From Eledone cirrhosa (lineage: Eukaryota), in contig OZ024756.1 of the NCBI GenBank assembly GCA_964016885.1, positions 42,966,001 through 43,030,000 on the forward strand: a stretch of DNA of 64,000 nucleotides. The letters are read 5' to 3'. The stretch's first letter is position 1, and each line of letters opens with the position of its first letter. Below, one piece after another: positions 17,430-32,100 of the stretch. The notes beneath the pieces are model-generated. The model had not been told where the DNA came from. It did no database searches and saw only the letters and a list, made by a program, of their open reading frames with translations. The translations under genes and the position numbers were made by a program.

Positions 17430-18150
17430 ACACTAGAGACAGACATTGGACACACACCAGAGACAGACATTGGACACACACTAGAGACAGACATTGGACA
17501 CACACTAGAGACAGACATTGGACACACACACACTAGAGACAGACATTGGACACACACCAGAGACAGACATTAGAGACACAGTAGAGACAGACATTGGACA
17601 CAAACTAGAGACAAACATTGGACACACACTAGATACAGACATTGGACACACACTAGAGACAGACATTGGACACACACACACTAGAGACAGACATTGGACA
17701 CACACACTAGAGACAGACATTGGACACACACACTAGAGACAGACATTGGATACACGCTAGAGACAGACATTGGACACACACTAGAGACAGACATTGGACA
17801 CACACCAGAGACAGACATTGGACACACACTAGAGACAGACATTGGACACACACTAGAGACAGACATTGGACACACACACTAGAGACAGACATTGGACACA
17901 CACCAGAGACAGACATTAGAGACACAGTAGAGACAGACATTGGACACAAACTAGAGACAAACATTGGACACACACTAGATACAGACATTGGACACACACT
18001 AGAGACAGACATTGGACACACACACACTAGAGACAGACATTGGACACACACACTAGAGACAGACATTGGACACACACACTAGAGACAGACATTGGATACA
18101 CGCTAGAGACAGACATTGGACACACACTAGAGACAGACATTGGACACACA
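17430..18150. repeat. 346-bp tandem duplication containing 28-bp monomers
   Basis: The marker string ATTAGAGACACAGTAGAG...ACAAACTAGAGACAAAC lies near 17570 and 17916. ORF ends 17736/18082 differ by 346. Confidence 0.85.
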
Positions 18151-21100
18151 CACTAGAGACAGACATTGGACACACACACTAGAGACAGTCATTGGACACA
18201 CACTAGAGACAGACATTGGACACACACACTAGAGTCAGACATTGGACACACACTAGAGACAGACATTGGACACACACACTAGAGACAGAAATTAGACACA
18301 CACTAGAGACAGACATTGGACACACACACTAGAGACAGACATTGGACACACACACTAGAGACAGACATTGGACACACACTAGAGACAGACATTGGACACA
18401 CACTAGAGACAGACATTGGACACACACTAGTGACAGACATTGGACACACACTAGAGACAGACATTGGAGACACACTAGATACAGACATTGGACACACACT
18501 AGAGACAGACATTGGACACACACTAGAGACAGACATTGGACACACACTAGAGACAGACATTGGACACACACTAGATACAGACATTGGACACACACTAGAG
18601 AGACATTGGACACACACTAGAGACATACATTGGACACACACTAGTGACAGACATTCGAGACACAGTAGAGAGAGAAATTGGACACACATTAGAGACAGAC
18701 ATTGGACACACACTAGAGACAGACATTGGACACATACTAGAGACAGACATTGGAGACACACTAGAGACAGACATTGGGCGCACACTAGAGACAGACATTG
18801 GACACACACTAGATACAGACATTGGACACACACTAGAGACAGACATTGGACACACACCAGAGACAGACATTGGACACACACTAGAGACAGACATTGGACA
18901 CACACACTAGGGACAGACATTGCAGACACACTAGAGAAAGACATTGGACACACACCAGAGACAGACATTGGACACATACTAGAGACAGACATTGGACACA
19001 CACACTAGGGACAGACATTGCAGACACACTAGAGACAGACATTGGGCACACACTAGAGACAGACATTGGACACTCACTAGAGACAGACATTGGACACACG
19101 TTAGAGACAGACATTGGACACACACACTAGAGACAGACATTGGACACACACTAGAGACAGACATTGGACACACACTAGAGACAGACATTGGACACACAAT
19201 AGAGACAGACATTAGACACACACTAGAGACAGACATTGGACACACACTAGAGACAGACATTGGACACACACTAGAGACAGACATTGGACACACACTAGAG
19301 ACAGATACTGGACACACACTAGAGACAGATATTGGACACACACACTAGAGACAGACATTGGATACACACTACAGACAGACATTGGACACACACTAGAGAC
19401 AGACATTGGATACACACTAGAGACAGACATTGGACACACACCAGAGACAGACATTGGACACACACTAGAGACAGACATTGGATACACACACTAGAGACAG
19501 ACATTGGACACACACTAGTGACAGACATTGGACACACACTAGAGACAGACATTGGACACACACTAGAGACAGACATGGGACACCCACTAGTGACAGATAT
19601 TGGACACACACTAGAGACAGACATTGGACACACACTAGAGACAGACATTGGACACACACTTGAGACAGACATTGGACACACACACTAGTGACATATATTG
19701 AACATACACTAGAGACAGACATTGGACACACGCTAGAGACAGACATTGGACACACACCAGAGACAGACATTGGACACACACACTAGAGACAGACATTGGA
19801 CACACACTAGAGACAGACATTGGACAAACACTAGAGACAGACATTGGACACACACTAGAGACAGACATTGGACACACACTAGAGACAGACATGGGACACA
19901 CACTAGTGACAGATATTGCACACACACTAGAGACAGACATTGGACACACACTAGAGACAGACATTGGACACACACCAACGACAGACATTGGACACACACA
20001 AGAGACAGACATTGGACACACATTAGAGACAGAGATTGGATACACACTAGAAACAGACATTGGACACACAATAGAAACAGACATTGGACACACACTAGAG
20101 ATAGACATTGGACACACACTAGAGACAGACATTGGACACACACTTGAGACAGACATTGGACACACACACTAGTGACAGACATTGGACACACACTAGAGAC
20201 AGACATTGGACACACACCAGAGCCAGACATTGGACACACTCACTAGAGACAGACATTGGACACACACTAGAGACAGACATTGGACACATACTAGAGACAG
20301 ACATTGGATACACACTACAGACAGACATTGGACACACACTAGAGACAGACATTGGACACACACTAGAGACAGACATTGGACACACACCAGAGACAGACAT
20401 TGGACACACACTAGAGACAGACATTGGACACACACACTAGAGACAGACATTGGACACACACTAGAGACAGACATTGGACACACACTAGAGACAGACATGG
20501 GACACACACTAGTGACAGATATTGGACACACACTAGAGACAGACATTGGATACACACTAGAGACAGACATTGGACACACACTTGAGACAGACATTGGACA
20601 CACACACTAGTGACATATATTGGACACACACTAGAGACAGACATTGGACACACGCTAGAGACAGATATTGGACACACACTAGAGACAGACATTGGACACA
20701 CACTAGAGACAGACATTGGACACACACCAAAGACAGACATTGGACACACACAAGAGACAGACATTGGACACACATTAGAGACAGAGATTGGATACACACT
20801 AGAAACAGACATTGGACACACAATAGAAACAGACATTGGACACACACTAGAGATAGACATTGGACACACACTAGAGACAGACATTGGATACACACTAGAA
20901 ACAGACATTGGACACATACACTAGAGACAGACATTGGACACACACTAGAGACAGACCTTGGATACACACACTAGAGTCAGACATTGGACACACACTAGAG
21001 ACAGACATTAGACACACACTTGAGACAGACATTGGACACACACACTAGTGACATATATTGGTCACACACTAGAGACAGACATTGGACACACACTAGAGAC

Positions 21101-24100
21101 AGACATTGGACGCACACTAGAGACAGACATTGGACACACACTAGATACAGACATTGGACACACACTAGAGACAGACATTGGACACACACACTAGAGACAG
21201 ACATTGGACACACACACTAGAGACGGACATTGGACACACACTAGTGACAGACATTGGACACACACTAGAGACAGACATTGGACACACACTAGAGACAGAC
21301 ATTGGACACACACTAGAGACAGACATTGGACACACACTAGATACAGACATTGGACACACACTAGAGACAGACATTGGACACACACTAGAGACAGACATTG
21401 GAAACACACTAGAGACAGACATTGAACAGACACTAGAGACAGACATTGGACACACACACTAGAGACAGACCTTGGACACACACACTAGAGACAGACATTG
21501 GACACACACTAGAGACAGACATTGGACACACACTAGAGACAGACATTGAACACACACTAGAGACAGACATTGTACACACACTAGAGACAGACATTGGACA
21601 CACACTAGATACAGACATTGGACACACACAAGAGACAGACATTGGACACACACACTAGAGACAGACATTGGACACACACACTAGAGACAGACATTGGACA
21701 CACACTAGAGACAGACATTGGACACACCCTAGTGACAGACATTGGACACACACTAGAGACAGACATTGGACACACACTAGAGACAGACATTGGACACACA
21801 CTAGAGACAGACATTGGACACACACTAGAGACAGACATTCGACACACACTAGAGACAGACATTGGACACACACTAGAGACAGATACTGGACACACACTAG
21901 AGACAGATATTGGACACACACACTAGAGACAGACATTGGATACACACTACAGACAGACATTGGACACACACTAGAGACAGACATTGGACACACACTAGAG
22001 ACAGACATTGGACACACACCAGAGACAGACATTGGACACACACTAGAGACAGACATTGGACACACACACTAGAGACAGACATTGGACACACACTAGAGAC
22101 AGACATTGGACAAACACTAGAGACAGACATTTGACACACACTACAGACAGACATTGGACACACACTAGAGACAGACATTGGACACACACTAGAGACAGAC
22201 ATGGGACACCCACTAGTGACAGATATTGGACACACACTAGAGACAGACATTGGACACACACTAGAGACAGACATTGGACACACACTTGAGACAGACATTG
22301 GACACACACACTAGTGATATATATTGGACACACACTAGAGACAGACATTGGACACACGCTAGAGACAGACATTGGACACACACCAGAGACAGACATTGGA
22401 CACACACACTAGAGACAGACATTGGACACACACTAGAGACAGACATTGGACAAACACTAGAGACAGACATTGGACACACACTAGAGACAGACATTGGACA
22501 CACACTAGAGACAGACATTGGACACACATTAGAGACAGAGATTGGATACACACTAGAAACAGACATTGGACACACAATAGAAACAGACATTGGACACACA
22601 CTAGAGATAGACATTGGACACACACTAGAGACAGACATTGGACACACACTTGAGACAGACATTGGACACACACACTAGTGACAGACATTGGACACACACT
22701 AGAGACAGACATTGGACACACACCAGAGCCAGACATTGGACACACTCACTAGAGACAGACATTGGACACACACTAGAGACAGACATTGGACACATACTAG
22801 AGACAGACATTGGATACACACTACAGACAGACATTGGACACACACTAGAGACAGACATTGGACACACACTAGAGACAGACATTGGACACACACCAGAGAC
22901 AGACATTGGACACACACTAGAGACAGACATTGGACACACACTAGAGACAGACATTGGACACACACTAGAGACAGACATTGGACACACACTAGAGACAGAC
23001 ATGGGACACACACTAGTGACAGATATTGGACACACACTAGAGACAGACATTGGATACACACTAGAGACAGACATTGGACACACACTTGAGACAGACATTG
23101 GACACACACACTAGTGACATATATTGGACACACACTAGAGACAGACATTGGACACACGCTAGAGACAGATATTGGACACACACTAGAGACAGACATGGGA
23201 CACACACTAGTGACAGATATTGCACACACACTAGAGACAGACATTGGACACACACTAGAGACAGACATTGGACACACACCAAAGACAGACATTGGACACA
23301 CACAAGAGACAGACATTGCACACACATTAGAGACAGAGATTGGATACACACTAGAAACAGACATTGGACACACAATAGAAACAGACATTGGACACACACT
23401 AGAGATAGACATTGGACACACACTAGAGACAGACATTGGATACACACTAGAAACAGACATTGGACACATACACTAGAGACAGACATTGGACACACACTAG
23501 AGACAGACCTTGGATACACACACTAGAGTCAGACATTGGACACACACTAGAGACAGACATTAGACACACACTTGAGACAGACATTGGACACACACACTAG
23601 TGACATATATTGGTCACACACTAGAGACAGACATTGGACACACACTAGAAACAGACATTGGACGCACACTAGAGACAGACATTGGACACACACTAGATAC
23701 AGACATTGGACACACACTAGAGACAGACATTGGACACACACACTAGAGACAGACATTGGACACACACACTAGAGACGGACATTGGACACACACTAGTGAC
23801 AGACATTGGACACACACTAGAGACAGACATTGGACACACACTAGAGACAGACATTGGACACACACTAGAGACAGACATTGGACACACACTAGATACAGAC
23901 ATTGGACACACACTAGAGACAGACATTGGACACACACTAGAGACAGACATTGGAAACACACTAGAGACAGACATTGAACAGACACTAGAGACAGACATTG
24001 GACACACACACTAGAGACAGACCTTGGACACACACACTAGAGACAGACATTGGACACACACTAGAGACAGACATTGGACACACACTAGAGACAGACATTG

Positions 24101-25594
24101 GACACACACTAGAGACAGACATTGTACACACACTAGAGACAGACATTGGACACACACTAGATACAGACATTGGACACACACTAGAGACAGACATTGGACA
24201 CACACACTAGAGACAGACATTGGACACACACACTAGAGACAGACATTGGACACACACTAGAGACAGACATTGGACACACCCTAGTGACAGACATTGGACA
24301 CACACTAGAGACAGACATTGGACACACACTAGAGACAGACATTGGACACACACTAGAGACAGACATTGGACACACACTAGAGACAGACATTCGACACACA
24401 CTAGAGACAGACATTGGACACACACTAGAGACAGATACTGGACACACACTAGAGACAGATATTGGACACACACACTAGAGACAGACATTGGATACACACT
24501 ACAGACAGACATTGGACACACACTAGAGACAGACATTGGACACACACTAGAGACAGACATCGGACACACACCAGAGACAGACATTGGACACACACTAGAG
24601 ACAGACATTGGACACACACACTAGAGACAGACATTGGACACACACTAGAGACAGACATTGGACAAACACTAGAGACAGACATTTGACACACACTACAGAC
24701 AGACATTGGACACACACTAGAGACAGACATTGGACACACACTAGAGACAGACATGGGACACCCACTAGTGACAGATATTGGACACACACTAGAGACAGAC
24801 ATTGGACACACACTAGAGACAGACATTGGACACACACTTGAGACAGACATTGGACACACACACTAGTGACATATATTGGACACACACTAGAGACAGACAT
24901 TGGACACACGCTAGAGACAGACATTGGACACACACCAGAGACAGACATTGGACACACACACTAGAGACAGACATTGGTCACACACTAGAGACAGACATTG
25001 GACAAACACTAGAGACAGACATTGGACACACACTAGAGACAGACATTGGACACACACTAGAGACAGACATTGGACACACACTAGAGACAGACATGGGACA
25101 CACACTAGTGACAGATATTGCACACACACTAGAGACAGACATTGGACACACACTAGAGACAGACATTGGACACACACCAAAGACAGACATTGGACACACA
25201 CAAGAGACAGACATTGGACACACATTAGAGACAGAGATTAGATACACACTAGAAACAGACATTGGACACACAATAGAAACAGACATTGGACACACACTAG
25301 AGATAGACATTGGACACACACTAGAGACAGACATTGGACACACACTTGAGACAGACATTGGACACACACACTAGTGACAGACATTGGACACACACTAGAG
25401 ACAGACATTGGACACACACCAGAGCCAGACATTGGACACACTCACTAGAGACAGACATTGGACACACACTAGAGACAGACATTGGACACATACTAGAGAC
25501 AGACATTGGATACACACTACAGACAGACATTGGACACACACTAGAGACAGACATTGGACACACACTAGAGACAGACATTGGACACACACCAGAG

Positions 25595-28500
25595 ACAGAC
25601 ATTGGACACACACTAGAGACAGACATTGGACACACACACTAGAGACAGACATTGGACACACACTAGAGACAGACATTGGACACACACTAGAGACAGACAT
25701 GGGACACACACTAGTGACAGATATTGGACACACACTAGAGACAGACATTGGACACACACTAGAGACAGACATTGGACACACACTTGAGACAGACATTGGA
25801 CACACACACTAGTGACATATATTGGACACACACTAGAGACAGACATTGGACACACGCTAGAGACAGACATTGGACACACACCAGAGACAGACATTGGACA
25901 CACACACTAGAGACAGACATTGGACACACACTAGAGACAGACATTGGACAAACACTAGAGACAGACATTGGACACACACTAGAGACAGACATTGGACACA
26001 CACTAGAGACAGACATTGGACACACACTAGAGACAGACATGGGTCACACACTAGTGACAGATATTGCACACACACTAGAGACAGACATTGGACACACACT
26101 AGAGACAGACATTGGACACACACCAAAGACAGACATTGGACACACACAAGAGACAGACATTGGACACACACTAGAGACAGACATTGGACACACACTAGAG
26201 ACAGACATTGGACACACACTAGAGACAGACATTCGACACACACTAGAGACAGACATTGGACACACACTAGAGACAGATACTGGACACACACTAGAGACAG
26301 ATATTGGACACACACACTAGAGACAGACATTGGATACACACTACAGACAGACATTGGACACACACTAGAGACAGACATTGGACACACACTAGAGACAGAC
26401 ATTGGACACACACCAGAGACAGACATTGGACACACACTAGAGACAGACATTGGACACACACACTAGAGACAGACATTGGACACACACTAGAGACAGACAT
26501 TGGACAAACACTAGAGACAGACATTTGACACACACTACAGACAGACATTGGACACACAATAGAAACAGACATTGGACACACACTAGAGATAGACATTGGA
26601 CACACACTAGAGACAGACATTGGATACACACTAGAAACAGACATTGGACACATACACTAGAGACAGACATTGGACACACACTAGAGACAGACCTTGGATA
26701 CACACACTAGAGTCAGACATTGGACACACACTAGAGACAGACATTAGACACACACTTGAGACAGACATTGGACACACACACTAGTGACATATATTGGTCA
26801 CACACTAGAGACAGACATTGGACACACACTAGAGACAGACATTGGACGCACACTAGAGACAGACATTGGACACACACTAGATACAGACATTGGACACACA
26901 CTAGAGACAGACATTGGACACACACACTAGAGACAGACATTGGACACACACACTAGAGACGGACATTGGACACACACTAGTGACAGACATTGGACACACA
27001 CTAGAGACAGACATTGGACACACACTAGAGACAGACATTGGACACACACTAGAGACAGACATTGGACACACACTAGATACAGACATTGGACACACACTAG
27101 AGACAGACATTGGACACACACTAGAGACAGACATTGGAAACACACTAGAGACAGACATTGAACAGACACTAGAGACAGACATTGGACACACACACTAGAG
27201 ACAGACCTTGGACACACACACTAGAGACAGACATTGGACACACACTAGAGACAGACATTGGACACACACTAGAGACAGACATTGGACACACACTAGAGAC
27301 AGACATTGTACACACACTAGAGACAGACATTGGACACACACTAGATACAGACATTGGACACACACTAGAGACAGACATTGGACACACACACTAGAGACAG
27401 ACATTGGACACACACTAGAGACAGACATTGGACACACACTAGAGACAGACATGGGACACACACTAGTGACAGATATTGGACACACACTAGAGACAGACAT
27501 TGGACACACACTAGAGACAGACATTGGACACACACTTGAGACAGACATTGGACACACACACTAGTGACATATATTGGACACACACTAGAGACAGACATTG
27601 GACACACGCTAGAGACAGACATTGGACACACACCAGAGACAGACATTGGACACACACACTAGAGACAGACATTGGACACACACTAGAGACAGACATTGGA
27701 CAAACACTAGAGACAGACATTGGACACACACTAGAGACAGACATTGGACACACACTAGAGACAGACATTGGACACACACTAGAGACAGACATGGGTCACA
27801 CACTAGTGACAGATATTGCACACACACTAGAGACAGACATTGGACACACACTAGAGACAGACATTGGACACACACCAAAGACAGACATTGGACACACACA
27901 AGAGACAGACATTGGACACACACTAGAGACAGACATTGGACACACACTAGAGACAGACATTGGACACACACTAGAGACAGACATTCGACACACACTAGAG
28001 ACAGACATTGGACACACACTAGAGACAGATACTGGACACACACTAGAGACAGATATTGGACACACACACTAGAGACAGACATTGGATACACACTACAGAC
28101 AGACATTGGACACACACTAGAGACAGACATTGGACACACACTAGAGACAGACATTGGACACACACCAGAGACAGACATTGGACACACACTAGAGACAGAC
28201 ATTGGACACACACACTAGAGACAGACATTGGACACACACTAGAGACAGACATTGGACAAACACTAGAGACAGACATTTGACACACACTACAGACAGACAT
28301 TGGACACACAATAGAAACAGACATTGGACACACACTAGAGATAGACATTGGACACACACTAGAGACAGACATTGGATACACACTAGAAACAGACATTGGA
28401 CACATACACTAGAGACAGACATTGGACACACACTAGAGACAGACCTTGGATACACACACTAGAGTCAGACATTGGACACACACTAGAGACAGACATTAGA

Positions 28501-29165
28501 CACACACTTGAGACAGACATTGGACACACACACTAGTGACATATATTGGTCACACACTAGAGACAGACATTGGACACACACTAGAGACAGACATTGGACG
28601 CACACTAGAGACAGACATTGGACACACACTAGATACAGACATTGGACACACACTAGAGACAGACATTGGACACACACACTAGAGACAGACATTGGACACA
28701 CACACTAGAGACGGACATTGGACACACACTAGTGACAGACATTGGACACACACTAGAGACAGACATTGGACACACACTAGAGACAGACATTGGACACACA
28801 CTAGAGACAGACATTGGACACACACTAGATACAGACATTGGACACACACTAGAGACAGACATTGGACACACACTAGAGACAGACATTGGAAACACACTAG
28901 AGACAGACATTGAACAGACACTAGAGACAGACATTGGACACACACACTAGAGACAGACCTTGGACACACACACTAGAGACAGACATTGGACACACACTAG
29001 AGACAGACATTGGACACACACTAGAGACAGACATTGGACACACACTAGAGACAGACATTGTACACACACTAGAGACAGACATTGGACACACACTAGATAC
29101 AGACATTGGACACACACTAGAGACAGACATTGGACACACACACTAGAGACAGACATTGGACACAC
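25595..29165. repeat. 1752-bp near-identical tandem duplication
   Basis: Identical ORF translations sit at a constant offset of 1752 (25613/27365, 25772/27524, 26731/28483, 27169/28921). Confidence 0.93.
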
Positions 29166-32100
29166 ACACTAGAGACAGACATTGGACACACACTAGAGAC
29201 AGACATTGGACACACCCTAGTGACAGACATTGGACACACACTAGAGACAGACATTGGACACACACTAGAGACAGACATTGGACACACACTAGAGACAGAC
29301 ATTGGACACACACTAGAGACAGACATTCGACACACACTAGAGACAGACATTGGACACACACTAGAGACAGATACTGGACACACACTAGAGACAGATATTG
29401 GACACACACACTAGAGACAGACATTGGATACACACTACAGACAGACATTGGACACACACTAGAGACAGACATTGGACACACACTAGAGACAGACATTGGA
29501 CACACACCAGTGACAGACATTGGACACACACTAGAGACAGACATTGGACACACACACTAGAGACAGACATTGGACACACACTAGAGACAGACATTGGACA
29601 AACACTAGAGACAGACATTTGACACACACTACAGACAGACATTGGACACACACTAGAGACAGACATTGGACACACACTAGAGACAGACATGGGACACCCA
29701 CTAGTGACAGATATTGGACACACACTAGAGACAGACATTGGACACACACTAGAGACAGACATTGGACACACACTTGAGACAGACATTGGACACACACACT
29801 AGTGACATATATTGGACACACACTAGAGACAGACATTGGACACACGCTAGAGACAGACATTGGACACACACCAGAGACAGACATTGGACACACACACTAG
29901 AGACAGACATTGGACACACACTAGAGACAGACATTGGACAAACACTAGAGACAGACATTGGACACACACTAGAGACAGACATTGGACACACACTAGAGAC
30001 AGACATGGGACACACACTAGTGACAGATATTGCACACACACTAGAGACAGACATTGGACACACACTAGAGACAGACATTGGACACACACCAAAGACAGAC
30101 ATTGGACACACACAAGAGACAGACATTGGACACACATTAGAGACAGAGATTAGATACACACTAGAAACAGACATTGGACACACAATAGAAACAGACATTG
30201 GACACACACTAGAGATAGACATTGGACACACACTAGAGACAGACATTGGACACACACTAGAGACAGACATGGGACACACACTAGTGACAGATATTGCACA
30301 CACACTAGAGACAGACATTGGACACACACCAAAGACAGACATTGGACACACACAAGAGACAGACATTGGACACACATTAGAGACAGAGATTAGATACACA
30401 CTAGAAACAGACATTGGATACACAATAGAAACAGACATTGGACACACACTAGAGATAGACATTGGACACACACTAGAGACAGACATTGGACACACACTTG
30501 AGACAGACATTGGACACACACACTAGTGACAGACATTGGACACACACTAGAGACAGACATTGGACACACACCAGAGCCAGACATTGGACACACTCACTAG
30601 AGACAGACATTGGACACACACTAGAGACAGACATTGGACACATACTAGAGACAGACATTGGATACACACTACAGACAGACATTGGACACACACTAGAGAC
30701 AGACATTGGACACACACTAGAGACAGACATTGGACACACACCAGAGACAGACATTGGACACACACTAGAGACAGACATTGGACACACACACTAGAGACAG
30801 ACATTGGACACACACTAGAGACAGACATTGGACACACACTAGAGACAGACATGGGACACACACTAGTGACAGATATTGGACACACACTAGAGACAGACAT
30901 TGGACACACACTAGAGACAGACATTGGACACACACTTGAGACAGACATTGGACACACACACTAGTGACATATATTGGACACACACTAGAGACAGACATTG
31001 GACACACGCTAGAGACAGACATTGGACACACACCAGAGACAGACATTGGACACACACACTAGAGACAGACATTGGACACACACTAGAGACAGACATTGGA
31101 CAAACACTAGAGACAGACATTGGACACACACTAGAGACAGACATTGGACACACACTAGAGACAGACATTGGACACACACTAGAGACAGACATGGGTCACA
31201 CACTAGTGACAGATATTGCACACACACTAGAGACAGACATTGGACACACACTAGAGACAGACATTGGACACACACTAGAGACAGATACTGGACACACACT
31301 AGAGACAGATATTGGACACACACACTAGAGACAGACATTGGATACACACTACAGACAGACATTGGACACACACTAGAGACAGACATTGGACACACACTAG
31401 AGACAGACATTGGACACACACCAGAGACAGACATTGGACACACACTAGAGACAGACATTGGACACACACACTAGAGACAGACATTGGACACACACTAGAG
31501 ACAGACATTGGACAAACACTAGAGACAGACATTTGACACACACTACAGACAGACATTGGACACACAATAGAAACAGACATTGGACACACACTAGAGATAG
31601 ACATTGGACACACACTAGAGACAGACATTGGATACACACTAGAAACAGACATTGGACACATACACTAGAGACAGACATTGGACACACACTAGAGACAGAC
31701 CTTGGATACACACACTAGAGTCAGACATTGGACACACACTAGAGACAGACATTAGACACACACTTGAGACAGACATTGGACACACACACTAGTGACATAT
31801 ATTGGTCACACACTAGAGACAGACATTGGACACACACTAGAGACAGACATTGGACGCACACTAGAGACAGACATTGGACACACACTAGATACAGACATTG
31901 GACACACACTAGAGACAGACATTGGACACACACACTAGAGACAGACATTGGACACACACACTAGAGACGGACATTGGACACACACTAGTGACAGACATTG
32001 GACACACACTAGAGACAGACATTGGACACACACTAGAGACAGACATTGGACACACACTAGAGACAGACATTGGACACACACTAGATACAGACATTGGACA

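Larger units (their letters stand above)
7500..19000. repeat. Array domain II: more heterogeneous monomers with only local duplications
   Basis: Many rare variants occur (GACAGCCATT, ACACCATCTAG, GAGGGAGAC, GACTTTGG, GAGCCTGAC). No single period spans the region. Confidence 0.7.
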
